A stretch of 63,655 nt of DNA, filler included, from Bonamia ostreae (lineage: Eukaryota), in the NCBI GenBank assembly GCA_040357525.1. It is 4 parts of 4 records of this genome, joined end to end, with 100 filler letters (N's around TTAATTAATTAA, not from the genome) between each part and the next. Parts side by side here need not be neighbours in the genome. Positions count along the whole stretch, not along the records: positions 17,331 to 34,267 come from JBDODL010000006.1; positions 34,368 to 51,011 come from JBDODL010000007.1; 2 more parts are not named here. One strand, written 5' to 3'. The position numbers and the translations under genes were made by a program. How positions within the stretch are numbered: position 1 is the first letter of the stretch; every line of letters begins with the position of its first letter. The notes beneath the pieces were generated by a model, which was not told where the DNA came from, ran no database searches, and worked only from the letters and a program-made list of their open reading frames with translations. This document shows positions 23,781 through 36,886 of this stretch, in pieces.

Positions 23781-24439
23781 TTTTTCAAATTACAATTATA
23801 ATTTCAATTAATTATATTTAGAAAATTTCCTTAATCGTTAATTAATTTATGTCAAAAATAATTTCTAAAAGGTTATTTTTGCAAAAATTTTTTGATTGAT
23901 TTTACTATTTTTTTAATTTACAAACATATAGTGAAACATAATAATAGGTTTCTATCTCATTATAATTCTGCCCTTAACAGAATGAAGATTTCTTCTATCA
24001 AGTGATTAACAGTACTGTATATAACGATAAAAAAATGTTTCAGTTACATTGAAAAATGGTCGAAGAAGAAGTGCTAACTATACTTTTTAATTCTTTAAAG
24101 TTAATTTTGTCTAAATTTTCAGTTTTTAAATTTATTTTAGTTTTTAATGCAATTTTTATAAATTTATCAGTCATTCTGCTCTTTCTTTTTTTTTAAATTT
24201 ATTTTGAGTCTTCATCATTTTTCCTCTAGCTCGGGGATTTTTGGAAGATTTCTCAAAAAAATATTTTTTTGATATATTTAATATTTCGTTTTTCAATATT
24301 TGGTTTAATATTTTAATATTTAATATTTAATATTTAATATATTTGGTTTAATTTTGAGAATAAATTTTTTTAGTAATTCAATATTTTAAATAGTTTTTTG
24401 GTATAATTGATAATTATTTATTATCTAGATTACAGTTTT

Positions 24440-26620
24440 TGCTATTTTTATTCATTTGGGTGGATGTATGTCTGAGTCCTGCATAAGCCCAGATTAGTGT
24501 TACAGGCTCTGCTTTCTATTTTATTTTTATTCCAGATTTTGTTATGTGCTTTACAATATTTTAATATGTGATCGATCGATTCAACTTAATTACAAAATTT
24601 GCATTTATCAGTTTTAGATTTTTTAATTTTATATAAAAATTTATTTGTTGGTGATACATCCAAGTTTAATTGATGCGAAATAGAATTATCTTTGTATTTT
24701 AAATTATTTATATCATCCTTTTTTATATTTACTATTTTAAGTGAGTTGTTAAATTTTTCTAGGAATCTTTTTCTTCTGTTATTCAATAATCTGTCATGTT
24801 TTTTTAAATTAAAGTAATTTATTATAATTAAAATTTTCTTATAAAACTTATAATATTTTCCGATTCTTCTAATTTCTAAAGGCATAACCTTTGTTTCATA
24901 ATTCACAATTAAATAATTAATCATTCCAATTCTTTTTTCATGTTTTAACTATTTCTTCTATATATTTTTCCAACATAATATTTTAACTAGTGTCATTCCT
25001 AAATATGTGTCTAATTTGATCAACTGGAACAATAGAATTTTACATTTTGGAATAGGTATTATTAATGCATGGTTCCATTCTCTTGGGTAATTGCCACTTT
25101 CAAAAATCACATTAAAGTATTTTTTAAAATATTTTTAATTTATCGCCACCTCATTTTATCATAAAAGGTGTTATGTCATCTTTACCTGTAGCTTTCTTTA
25201 AATTTAATTTATCTATAAAATATTTTATTTCTTCGTCGCTAATACTTTTATTCAAATATTTTGTAAAAGCTAGGTTATTTTTATAATTTTCGACATACAC
25301 AAATTTAGTATTTTCTTTGCCAAATTAACAAAAATACAAATTATATTAGCTCTGTCTTTATAATTAAAAATTTTTTATTATCCCGTTATATTCCCAAAGA
25401 ATTAAACAATGCTTAAATATTTTTCAATCCTTTTTATTCTATCCTTCTTTTTTTCGATACTTTGCTTTAAAATTTACATCTTTTTTACGTGACAAACGAT
25501 TTACTTCAAGTGCTTTAGTTAAACAACTATTTTGCCAACAGTCTATGTTATAAAATTCTCAGTTTTGGGATATTAGAATTTTTTACCATTTCACTTCAAT
25601 GGTAAACATTACTCCTAAATCATTAACTTCAATTATATAATTGAATTAATCGGTATGATTCTTCTCAAAGTAAAATTAACCACAAAACAATTTTTATGGT
25701 GATAATTCTAATTCACTCTTTGTATCCCATCCATATAGTTGGTTCATTTGTGCTAGTAAAATTACTTTTATATTTTTAAATGATTTATGAATCTCTTAAT
25801 GCATAATAATTAAATTATTTAATTTGAAAGATTTTCTCTAAAACTATTCTTACAATTTGATACCATTTATTTTGTTCACAGACATTTTTAATATGTTATT
25901 TATTAACTTTAAAACAATTTACCAATTATAGACGTTAAACGAATAGGCGGAAATTTATCTACTCCACAATTTATTACATTTTGGAATAGGTAATTTTTTT
26001 TAAATTGCAATGTTAAATTTATTATATAATCAATGTTTCCGTCTGTATATTTCAAACTTTTTAGTTTTCAAATTAATTACAAATGATATAGCAGATTGTC
26101 TGAGCCGATATTTTCGCCTAATCTGTAATCATTATTTCTTTTATTATTTTTTATTAACACCAAGTTTGGCGTTGAATACGTTTGGAGGACAAACTAAATA
26201 AAATAAGGTCGTCTTTATTTGTTAAATTATACCATCCGTATTTTTTCATTTTGTATACTAGGTAGTATCCATCCTTTTAATAATTTATTTATGAAATTTC
26301 CTCTTTTGTTTGGCGAACCTTTGCTCAAATTTATATTACGGACATTAAAACCACCATAATTTTTTTTACTTACTTTTGGGTGTGCATATGCATTCCCAAT
26401 AATTGTATCTCCATTATTCATTTCCAATATTTTGATTGTCCAGGCATTTTATTTCGGGTATGCATATCATTGCTACTCCAGCTTCTTTTCTATGTGAATG
26501 AACTGAAGTTATGACTTTATATCCCGAGATTATCGGAATTTTTGAATTGATGTTTAACCGGGTTTCCTAGAGACACATTGTATCATATATTAAAAGATTT
26601 AGTTCACATACTTTATACAG
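24440..26620 (-). mobile_element. Degraded LINE (AP endonuclease, partial RT, C-terminal CCHC)
   Basis: ETRLN...GYKV...GVAMI, IIGNAYAHP, KKATGKDDI, GNYPREWNHALIIPIPK, CKFCN..ESIDHI..C; many stops; central RT deleted. Confidence 0.85.
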
Positions 26621-27115
26621 TGACGAATGGACTTTCCTTATTATCATAGCTTATTATGTGATTTTCGACCAGCTCTCTGGCTTTATTTAATGTTAAATTT
26701 TTTATATTATTTGAAGAGGATTTCGACCTCTTCTGCTTTTATTTGAACATATCATATTATCATATGATATGTTCAAATTTTCAAAAAAATTTTCTTATTC
26801 TTAAATTTTTTTTTCGATTATTTATATTTTCGACGACGACCTACGCAATTGTTTTTTCTTTTCACACATTATAAAATTATTATGTTAGTTTTTCCAATTT
26901 TGTTTACTTCTTCATTTAAATTAATTTAATTCTTTAATTTAACAAAATTTTATAATCAACAATACCAACATTTTTAATATTGCATTGAAATCTTTTATAT
27001 TTTATTTTACATGGTTTCATTTTACATTGAAATTAATGGAATATGATCAGAACATAAATTTGGTATGATTTTTTCATTTCTCGCAAATTTATTTAACACT
27101 GTATGAGATAAAACT

Positions 27116-27415
27116 AAATCAGGTGATCCATTAGTTTTGTTAACTTGATTAAGATCTGGAATTTGCAAAAGATATCAAATCAGTTTTAAAACAGACTGAA
27201 AAAATCGGAGATTTCAGAGCTTCGATGACAGTTTAAATTTAATAGACAACGGCAAAGATCCGAGCGAATTTGATAAAATAATAAAAATTAATTTTGCAAT
27301 TAGAAAATGTTGATTTTTCAAGAAAAGTAACTGCTTATTTATAATTAAATTAACTGAAGAAAATGAAATCAGATGATCCAATAGTTTTGTTAACTTGATT
27401 AAGAGTTGGAATTTT
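27116..27415. repeat. Two about 50-bp direct repeats 250 bp apart
   Basis: AAATCAGrTGATCCAwTAGTTTTGTTAACTTGATTAAGA..TGGAATTT at about 27116 and 27366. Confidence 0.8.
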
Positions 27416-27831
27416 CTTTAAATAACAATTTTGATTTTATTTATTAAAGATATATTGCAAATTTATCAATATTTTTATCAATTATTTTAGCAAATAATTA
27501 ATTGCAATCGTATTTTTTCATAAATGCTACAAATTTAATCATGCAAAAATAATGCTGGGATAACACCATTGTCCATAAAAAATTTATATTTGTACATAAA
27601 ATTGGCAAAATCCTTCAACTTAATTTAGTCAAATTTCGTATAATAAATTTTATTTTATAACTTCCTGCAAAGTTCGTTGTTTTAATGGTCTAACCTTTAT
27701 AGTACAGTCTTCAATGCCACTGAATATACTAAACCAATAAAATATAGGCTCACTCATATCCAAATTTTTATTTTAAATGCGCACTCGTTTTTAGATTTAA
27801 AAGATAAATCTAAATTTTAGCAAACTTCTAA

Positions 27832-28386
27832 ATGAAACTAACTACAAAGCAAAATATTGTAAGATGTCTCACGACCAAAGCGGAGGAAGGCGGTGTTAAA
27901 TATAACCCCCGCGCCGGAGTGTCTTTGGCGAGCATTCGTAATTGGTTTTACAGCAATTCGATCGCGTCGAAGGAAAACAACGGATTCAAAACCTTGTTCC
28001 GCAAAGCAATAGACAATCTCACACAGTTAAATTGTCTGGAAAAAGTAACTGTTCAGCGATACAAAGTTAATCGCGAAAAGTTGAAGGCGTTTCAAAACTC
28101 TTCAACTACTCTCGGAAAAAGAACGGTTGCGAAAAAAGTCGCTTCTGCAAAAAAGAAAAAGGTGGTTAAACGCGATACGAAGAAAACCAAATCGTCATCA
28201 ATAAAGAAAAAATCGCGTGTTGTCAAGAAAATCATAAAGAAAAAGTCGGCTGCGAAGAGCCCGGCAAGAAAGCGCATGACCGTCAAGAAAGTTAAGAAGA
28301 CTAGGCGTGCAACTCCAAAAAAGAAAACTGTAAGAAAGAAGAGATTTAAAAAACCGGAGTTTTTCAACACCATTTATAAATTTTAA
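27832..28386 (+). CDS. Linker histone H1-like protein
   Basis: H15-like globular part (GVSLASIRNW...FRKAIDNL...RYKV) followed by a Lys/Ala/Ser-rich tail; histone stem-loop-like motif at the 3' end. Confidence 0.82.
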   Translation: MKLTTKQNIVRCLTTKAEEGGVKYNPRAGVSLASIRNWFYSNSIASKENNGFKTLFRKAIDNLTQLNCLEKVTVQRYKVNREKLKAFQNSSTTLGKRTVAKKVASAKKKKVVKRDTKKTKSSSIKKKSRVVKKIIKKKSAAKSPARKRMTVKKVKKTRRATPKKKTVRKKRFKKPEFFNTIYKF

Positions 28387-29464
28387 AATTCATCTTTTTA
28401 AATATTGGTATTTCGTTGATAAATTTTAAAATTTTTTACAACATCCATCACTTATAAAATCTATAAGTTTTTGTGATAGATTGGGTATGTCTGCACACTA
28501 GCGTAGTTGGTGAGGGTTTTGATTAGCAGGCAGTAAACATTATACAGAGTTAAGATCATAAAAATATCGTAAGGTTTTTCTTTCAATGATCAGTCAAAAT
28601 TCTTTCATTTATTCTTCCCATTAGTTATTCTGATCAATTAAAAATGTGTGCAACTAAAAGAAAATTTTGCAACGAAATTAAATCAATAGAACATATAAAA
28701 ATGTGAAACTTTTAGAATTATTTTGAAAATATATGAACTTAAAATTAAACAAATGGATTCAAGTCAAAGAACATTATTAAATCCAGAAAATCACCAGTTT
28801 TTGCTTGATCATTTATGAAATAATTTGTGTCGGCTTTGATCATTTATGAAAAAATAAATAAAAATTTGCTTAAGTAAACAATTTGAAGCATTTAAACGAA
28901 CCAATTTTATATTTATTTAAAAAGAAGTTAAAAAAAACTTGAACTCACATTTTCGTGTAGAAAACATGAATAGTTCTTTTTACAAGAAAGAGAATAAAAT
29001 TATCATCCTCTGAATATAAGAAGAACTCAGTCACTTTTCCGAGCAGCCAAAAAATGCGAAGAAAGCAATAATAGACTAAGTTTCGATGTTGAATCAAAAA
29101 AGTTCTTGAAAAGCAATTGGAGATCTTGTTTTTAATAAAACTCGAAAAGCCAGGAAACAACATGATTATAGAGGCAACTAAACTGAAGAACTTTAAATCA
29201 ACAAATGGTAAAAGAAAATTACTTTTTAACAAGAATGTAGAAACAAAAAACAAACTTTGGAGGGTTGGAATCCCTCACTATTTCTTCTCGGCGTTGACAT
29301 TTAAAAATAGCTTTCTTCTTCGATCAATAAATTAAAAAATACATTTAAAAAATGTTTGGTTGTCTGACATTTGCTTGAACTCCAAACTGGGAACAAGAGA
29401 AACGCGAAAAAAAACTGTCGATATAAACAAAAATTGATATTTTTGGACAAACTGATATAAGAAT

Positions 29465-30642
29465 TTAATTTTTCGGTGGATAAAACTTGACGCTCGCTTT
29501 AATTTTTGCATAAAAACTGGTTGAGCAGAACGGCTGATCGTACTCGTTCTCCCCAATACAACTCTCCGGAAAGTCGCAACTGTCTGGATACTTTGTACAT
29601 TTTCTCCTACAATCCATTTTTGTCGTGTGCGTGTTCACAACGCCTTTAATGCACTTCACAATATCTCGTTTGCCCATCTTCCCTCTCTCGCCGATAACAT
29701 AGTCCTTTTCGCACTCAACTGCGCAACTGTTGACCCAACGGTCCCCTTTATTCCGCTTGCAATCCAGTGTCATGTGCATTCTTTTGAACACTTGCGCGAC
29801 GCTCGGCGAGGGATTGCATCCTTTAAATAGCCAGAAAACCTTGCTCGCAGTGGAAGTTGAGGGGAAAGTCTGCAAACTCCCCGTTTTTGTCGCAGTGCAG
29901 AAGCATAAACTTTTCGTCTATTTCTTTGAACCCGTTGTCCGTGTCGCAAGAGAACTCGCAACTCGAAACCAAGTCGGAGTCGCCGTGTTGGGGGATCCCC
30001 ACATGTTTGCAAGCAGATTTGGCCCCGTATCCGCTTTGATGGACAGGTCGGATGAGACCAGCTCGTCTGCACCCTCTCCTGCACTCTATTTTATTGGCCA
30101 CTTTCTTGTCCCACATCCATTTGTCCGTACTGTCGCGATGTGTTCTCGCGCAGACCATGCGCATCTTGATGTTTTCGTCTTCTTTATTCGCGTCTCTCGG
30201 CGTGAAGTACCCGGGGGAGCACTCCACATTGGTTGTCCCGTACTTTATCCTCGGTTCCGAGGTGATTATCGTGCTTTGTGACGACCGGAGGTAATTCGGC
30301 GGCTTGTCGTCCGGAAAAGCGTAGCAGCCTTTTTTTATCAAAATGAACCGAATCTACAGACCATGTCGGCTTCCGTTCCTTCGAACTTGGGCTTCCATTG
30401 GCCGTTTACGCGCTCGTAGATCGTGTGGTAAGTGATGGTTCCGTTGAACTCTTGCGCAAGTTCTGACTTTGTTTGTAGAAACCGTCTGGAAAGTACCCGA
30501 GCGCTGTGTCGCAACTGACTGCGCAGAGCAATTTGCCGTTTTTTGTACTCTGATAATCGCCTTTGTAGCCCATTACATTGAATCCAGCGCAATATGAGGC
30601 CACGTGTCGCATAATAAATAACAAAAATAAGGTTTGCGCCAT
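29465..30642 (-). CDS. Secreted Cys-rich repeat protein, multi-exon
   Basis: Signal-like MAQTLFLLF; repeats CAVSCD...GYFP, CEFSCDTDNGF, CAVECEKDY; paralogous to 33340-34267. Confidence 0.7.
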
Positions 30643-30766
30643 TATATTGTTCAAACCGTTTATAAATTACTGAATTCAGGTATTTGGAAAATTCAACGTT
30701 TTGAATCTGGTGCAGCGAATCTGATATCGAGTTCTTGATAAAATATAATTTGTTCAAAAAGATTTA

Positions 30767-31585
30767 ATGAATTTTTTTCGGAAAAATCCAATGGCCTTTA
30801 TAGCCGTTGCCAGTTCTGCAACGGCAGCAACATTTTTGGTTGTTTTAAAAAAATCGCCGATCGGTTTCATCAAATCTTTAAAACACAGAAAAGGAAAATT
30901 TTAGCAGGTTTTTGGAAAAGAAGAGATTAGAAAACATCGAAGAGTCTCAGAGTTTTTGGGATTTTCTCGTTAAACTAAAAGACTCGGTAACGTTCGATTA
31001 TTTTAAAGGACACATTCTATTCAAAGATAAAACAAATTTGGCAAAGTGGACGTTTGAAAAATAAAACGTTTTATAAGAAACACCATTTGCGTCTCAGATC
31101 CATGAAGAAAATAAGTTGTGTTTGCCAAATCAAGTAAGAAAAAGAGACGACCATTTAAAATTGGCTCTGTTTATAAAAGGGATGGAAGTTTTTAAGAACA
31201 CGGAAACCGTGTACAAAAAAGACCTCGGCGACGTTTTGTACAAAAGCAGCGCTTCCAAAGATTTCATGGACAGTTTCGCAAATTATTTTGCTAAAAAGAA
31301 ACACTGCGATCTGATAACAGCCGAAGAGTTTTTGGAATTCGAAGCAAAAGAAATTTCCGCAAAGTCTTTTTACCTCAAATCTCTTTTCGATTACTTTGAT
31401 GTACAAAATACAGGAAAAATAAGTTACACGGAATTCCGCGCGATTATCATTTCGGTCGACGACTATGTGACCGAAAACGAAATGTTGTGGCTCTTTGAAG
31501 ATTTGGATGAAAACAAGGACGGCGAAATCGATTGCGCAGGTTTCCACATTAAAATACAGAATTTGAAAAGTGGTTCGATTTGTAA
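30767..31585 (+). CDS. EF-hand calcium-binding protein (possibly MICU-like); 5' exons uncertain
   Basis: EF loops DVQNTGKISYTEF and DENKDGEIDCAEF (the second completed by a 20-nt intron). Confidence 0.7.
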
Positions 31586-31594
31586 ATAGATGTT

Positions 31595-32139
31595 TTAAGA
31601 TGTAATATTTATGAAGCTGTAAATTGAACTGTAAGTTTCGTAGATGAAGGAATCTTTTAAGCAAGCGAAACACGGCGCACCCGAAAAAGAAAACTCGAAG
31701 TATTCGCAGGTCTCGATTCGCTCGCACATTTCGATACATTTCTCCAAGCTCCCCGAATCCTGTAGGGCGGTTCTATAAGTTTAAGTTATTTACAAAGACG
31801 GAAATTCGCATTTGTAGTTCTGTCTGTAGAGCCCAAATCCGGCGTTGCATTGTACATCGCAAGCCCTTTTCTCGTTTTTATAGAAGCACCAGGGGCCTCC
31901 GGGGTCGGCGTCATAGTTTCTGCAAAAGTTATGGCGCAAGTCTGAATTTTTTCTAGTTGTGGCATAGAAATCAGGCCATCTGTCGCATATTTCTCCGTTC
32001 TTTGTGGTATTTGCGTAGCCTCTGTAGTCGAAACCGTTGCCGACACAATCTTTAGGAGCTCACAAACTTATAAACTTTCTACATCGTCAGAACGTAAAAA
32101 ATTAGAAAGAATTAGAAAGGAATAGAAGTGGGCCATCAT
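31595..32139 (-). CDS. Secreted kringle + PAN/apple-like protein (frame missed by the ORF track)
   Basis: DCVGNGFDYRGYANTTKNGEICDRW...LRHNFCRNYDADPGGPWCFY is a kringle; then SLEKCIEMCERIETCEYFEF...C; needs introns of 17 and 21 nt. Confidence 0.85.
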
Positions 32140-32829
32140 TGGAATTATGAGAATTTGTTAACAAGTTGAACCATAATCTCGTTGATCTTTATTTTTGGCG
32201 TATAAGTGGGCCAAATATTTTTAATTAATGTTGATCGAACCGAATAGCAAGTGTCTGCACAGAAGCAACCGATCAATCCTAAACAATATTGGATAACTTT
32301 AACAAAGAATGTCGACGATTTGAAATGCGAATTCATGCTAAAACAATGATAACGTTTTTTGAAGGAACGGGAGACAAAAAATAAGCGACAGAGCAAACAA
32401 ATACAAAATAAGAGACTTCGAAAATGAGTCCAGCGGCGACCTAAGACGCAAATTAAATTCTTAAATTTTAGATGGAAATGTTCAAAACTCAATAATAGCG
32501 TCCTCTCTGACTTAAAGACGTTTCTAAAAAGCATAAGACGCAAAATTTGCTCCGATCAAAGCATAACAGTGACCCGGTGCAGAAGAAATTTATTCAACAA
32601 AATTCTTAAAGGGATATGTAGAATATGGCAAATGGGTTGTTGAACCAAAAAAATATACGCGTGCATTAAAGCGATGCGTTTCGTAAATCTTAATTCAAAA
32701 GGCAATTTCTAGTAAATGAAATTTATTGCAATTAATAATTTGGAATAAAAATTTGGAAATAAGATATAAAAAAGATTTGGAATAGAAAAATTTGATTGGT
32801 GAATTTATAAAAATTAATAATAAGAAAAT

Positions 32830-32845
32830 GGTGTTGAAAAACACC
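32830..32845 (-). promoter_or_regulatory. Histone mRNA 3' stem-loop
   Basis: GGTGTT-TTTC-AACACC, 6-bp stem and 4-nt loop, 13 nt after the H4 stop. Confidence 0.85.
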
Positions 32846-32858
32846 GGTAAAAAGAGCC

Positions 32859-33248
<390 letters not shown>

Positions 33249-33339
33249 TTATTGAAATAGATTTTTAAATTAAGTGTTTGCAATATAAAAGTTTGCCTCG
33301 ATCTTATAAACTTTGAATTGTTGCGAGCCACAAAATCTA

Positions 33340-34267
33340 ATGTTTTTTATTTTTAAATGTTTATTGTGTGTCGCGGCATCTGACGGTTGTGGCGAGTTCA
33401 AAGAAGAGGGCTATAGAATTTTATTCTGCGACGAAAACAATCCCAACGTCTGCGCAGTGGGATGTGACGAGGAATATTATCCGGCAGGTACTTTTTTAAC
33501 CAAAAGAAATTTCGCATTCTTATAACGGCAAAATAAATTACTACACCATCATCAAGTGCAACGACTCTGTTTGGAGATGGCCTTTTGAGGACTCGGAATT
33601 CAGATTAAACTGCAAAAAAGGTTGCAGCCAACCTCTCGATATCTGGCAACCTTATTTTCTCGTAAACCAAGACTGTAGCACAATAAGTGTCGAGCCTCAG
33701 AAAAGTTATCGATGCGCTGTCGAATGCAGAGAGGGCTATTTCATGGCTCCGAGTGGTACCATGAGCTCCCGAGACGCCGTTAAGAATTTTATGGACTGTG
33801 ACCACGAAGAGCAGTATTCGTGGACTGACGGAATGGACTCGAAGATAACCTGCACTTCTGGTAATTTTCGTAAGATTAAATCAAAAGGATGTAGCCGCTA
33901 CGGCTCCACGGGCAACATTTTCAAAGACGAGTTTGGCATGACCGCGAACTGTATAGATCTCGGCAGCATTTTGTCTACGGACGGGTATGACGAAAACTTG
34001 GTGTCGGAATGCAATCTGGAGTGCAACAACGAACTGGGATATTTCGTTGCTCCCGGGTTGCAGAATTACGACACCAACCTTGAGTGCAGAGGAGGCGGGG
34101 AATGGATGACCGACACATATTATCTGTGCGAGCAGGGTTGCAAGATTATTGGAGACGAGTTTGGCCATCTCAAAGGATACAATTTTGCCTGCAACTCCGA
34201 AATCTCGGAAGGCTGGTACAACATGTGCACTTATACTTGTGTACTTAGCGAAGGTTTTGTAAGAGAC
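33340..34267 (+). CDS. Secreted Cys-rich repeat protein, truncated by contig end
   Basis: Signal MFFIFKCLLCVAAS; repeats CAVGCDEEYYP, CAVECREGYF, CNLECNNELGYF. Confidence 0.75.
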
Positions 34268-34367
34268 NNNNNNNNNNNNNNNNNNNNNNNNNNNNNNNNN
34301 NNNNNNNNNNNTTAATTAATTAANNNNNNNNNNNNNNNNNNNNNNNNNNNNNNNNNNNNNNNNNNNN
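34268..34367. other. Artificial contig linker
   Basis: N-TTAATTAATTAA-N. Confidence 0.97.
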
Positions 34368-35883
34368 CGACTGGAATACTTTTGCAGCTTCCTTCAGTTG
34401 TCGGCAGGTACAACAAATCAGTTCTGCATCCGTAAAAAGGACATTCGACCAACCCGGAAAAGCCGTTATTACCCAAATTCAACCATTCGTCTTCGAAGCA
34501 AATATATCTGCCTCGATTGGAATAGTCGTTTCTGCACGTGACAACGCAAATTTTGGCATAATAAGTTCCATCTTGAAAGCAATCGAGGATATGCGTCTCG
34601 TTGTTTATGATCAATAGATTGTCTTCGCAAGTCGGAATTATCGTCCTGCAACGCCACTCTGTTTTGTTCCAAGGAACTCCATTTCTGAAATAAAAATTTA
34701 AATCTTCGTTGCAGACGAACGGAACTTCCAGGTCATTTATCAAATAGTTTTCGTTGTACAGAATAGAGCCGCTTTTGCAGCCAACATTACATTCGCCGCC
34801 TATCGAAACGTAGCTTTCGCTAGTGCTTTCACATCTGAAATGAATGTCTTTGATTAAAAATTGCGCCGGGTTGCAAGTTTTAATGTTGCTATCTTTGTCA
34901 TCTTCTTCAATGTCTTTGCCATCATTCTCATCTTTATCTTCGTTGATATCATCCTCTTTGTCATCGCTGATATCCTCCTCTTTGTCATCGCTGATATCCT
35001 CCTCTTTTTCATCGCTGATATCCTCATCTTTGTCATCGTTGTTATCTTCATCTTTATCGTCGATGATTTAAATTAAACTTTTTTGGCAATTTATCATATT
35101 TTCATCAAATTTATCATTTTTTGTATTTTCAAAGTACCCGTTATTGCATTTTAAATTTTTATTTTCGGGCAAAATATTGTCCAGAAAGCCATCTTTGCAT
35201 ATCAAGCTGCACATAGAGTCAAAAGATACAAGATAATATCCGTAGCAACTCCCTTTAGTCAAACCATTCTTGTGCAACTCTTCTACAAAACAATCCCCCG
35301 GGTCTGGACAAAACAATCTATACATTCTGTCAAATTTCTCGCCGTCGTAAGCAAACCATTCTTCAGCCAAACAAATATATTTTTCATTGTTCCGATGGCC
35401 GTTTTTGCAAGATACGTTACATGTTTTTAAGTTGGACTCTTCACTACACAACAAAACATGTTCGCTCTCACTGATCAAGTTGGTTTCATCACAATTTTTG
35501 GATTTTGGTCTGCACGTCCATTCTGTTTTGTTCCAATAGATTTCGTTGGTCGACTCGAATTTTTGTTCGTCAAAACAAATCAAAGTCATTTCCGAATGGA
35601 TTTCTCTCGTAAATTCCCATTGCTTCTCGTTGAACAGAAAGTAATCGCGATTACAGACAATTTTGCAATCTTCTCCAACAACAATTTGTTTTGACCTGCT
35701 ATTGCATTTTACAGAACTGTTGCTTATCGACAGCTGTGAAATGTTGCATTTTCTAGTACTGCCACCAATATTCAACCCGCGCGAAGTTTTCATAACATCG
35801 TCTATTTTTCTATTCGCGAACACAAATGAATCGAATCCCAGAAATGTTAAAATTATAAAAGTCTGAATTATATTCATCGACAT
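34368..35883 (-). CDS. Secreted Cys-rich sushi-like protein with acidic 24-nt repeats, truncated
   Basis: Signal peptide; internal duplication (WNKTEW.CR...C.V.C.N......YIC..EW twice); (EDISDDKE)n at about 34930-35030. Confidence 0.75.
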
Positions 35884-36039
35884 TTTTTAATTTTTGCAAT
35901 TTTGATTTTTTTAAATATTTTTGTAATTTCTTGTTTTCTATTTACAACGAAGAACAATTTTTTTATATAACGAAGCGATCTATTTAATTCGGCTTCCAGA
36001 GGCGGAAAAAATGAAATTACAGATTGTTATTTATTCGCG

Positions 36040-36605
36040 TTACAAAAACACCAAAGCCGCAATTATATAAACACATAGAACGATGGCAATGTAAAAATTG
36101 TAATCGAAATTGTTGTCCAGCGATTTTGATAAATTGCTAAACGACATATACCTATAAATAAGAACAGCAGATACCATTGACAATGACGCTAACACGCAAA
36201 ATATGATATAAAAAGCAGGAGACATTTTTGTTTTAAAGGATATCAAAAAGAATAACAGAGCCGCCCCCAAAAACGCTATCGCCAAAGATATCATTACAAT
36301 ACAATAATAGTTCCCCTGAAGAAACTGAATTTCATTGCTATATTAAAAACGGTTTTGCAGTCAAAACCACATATCAGTTCCAGCTGGGCGTTCTGTGAAA
36401 AGTAATTTGTTATGTTGCTCGAGCGAATCGATTCTTTTCCGACATAATAACCAAATAGCCCAGTATGCAAATAATAACCGTTCCAATTTGCATTTCCGCT
36501 CACTGCCGATTTTGCCCAATTTGGTATTCCTAAGATAAAACCTGCGACAGCGATGGCTATCAATAGATAAAGTGCACCAAAAAAGCATTTTAATATTTTT
36601 GACAT
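36040..36605 (-). CDS. Four-TM claudin/PMP22-like protein
   Basis: TM1, NW...TGLFGY, CxxxC, three more TM segments; one tiny intron. Confidence 0.6.
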
Positions 36606-36886
36606 TATTATTTTTGTAGATTATGTTTTACAAGAAACATTATTTTACAAAAAGCAAAGAATCTAAATAAAAAAAGAACAGATTTTTTTAATTAAATTCA
36701 AAATTCTCCGCTTCGTCTTTGATGATTCGGGAAAGCTTCTTAAAAGAATATTAAAAAAAGAACTGATTTGATAAATTTGTAATTACAAAACATTAAGCTC
36801 GTCGAGCTTTTCAATATTAAATGATAAGCATAGAATTATGATTTTTTCTTTAAAAAAATGTTTTCCGGCATGGAATAGTACTATAA

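Noticed and set aside
32147-32720. Possible small plus-strand gene between the kringle gene and H4 (also 28945-29335)
   Set aside because: No consistent exon model or recognisable domain.
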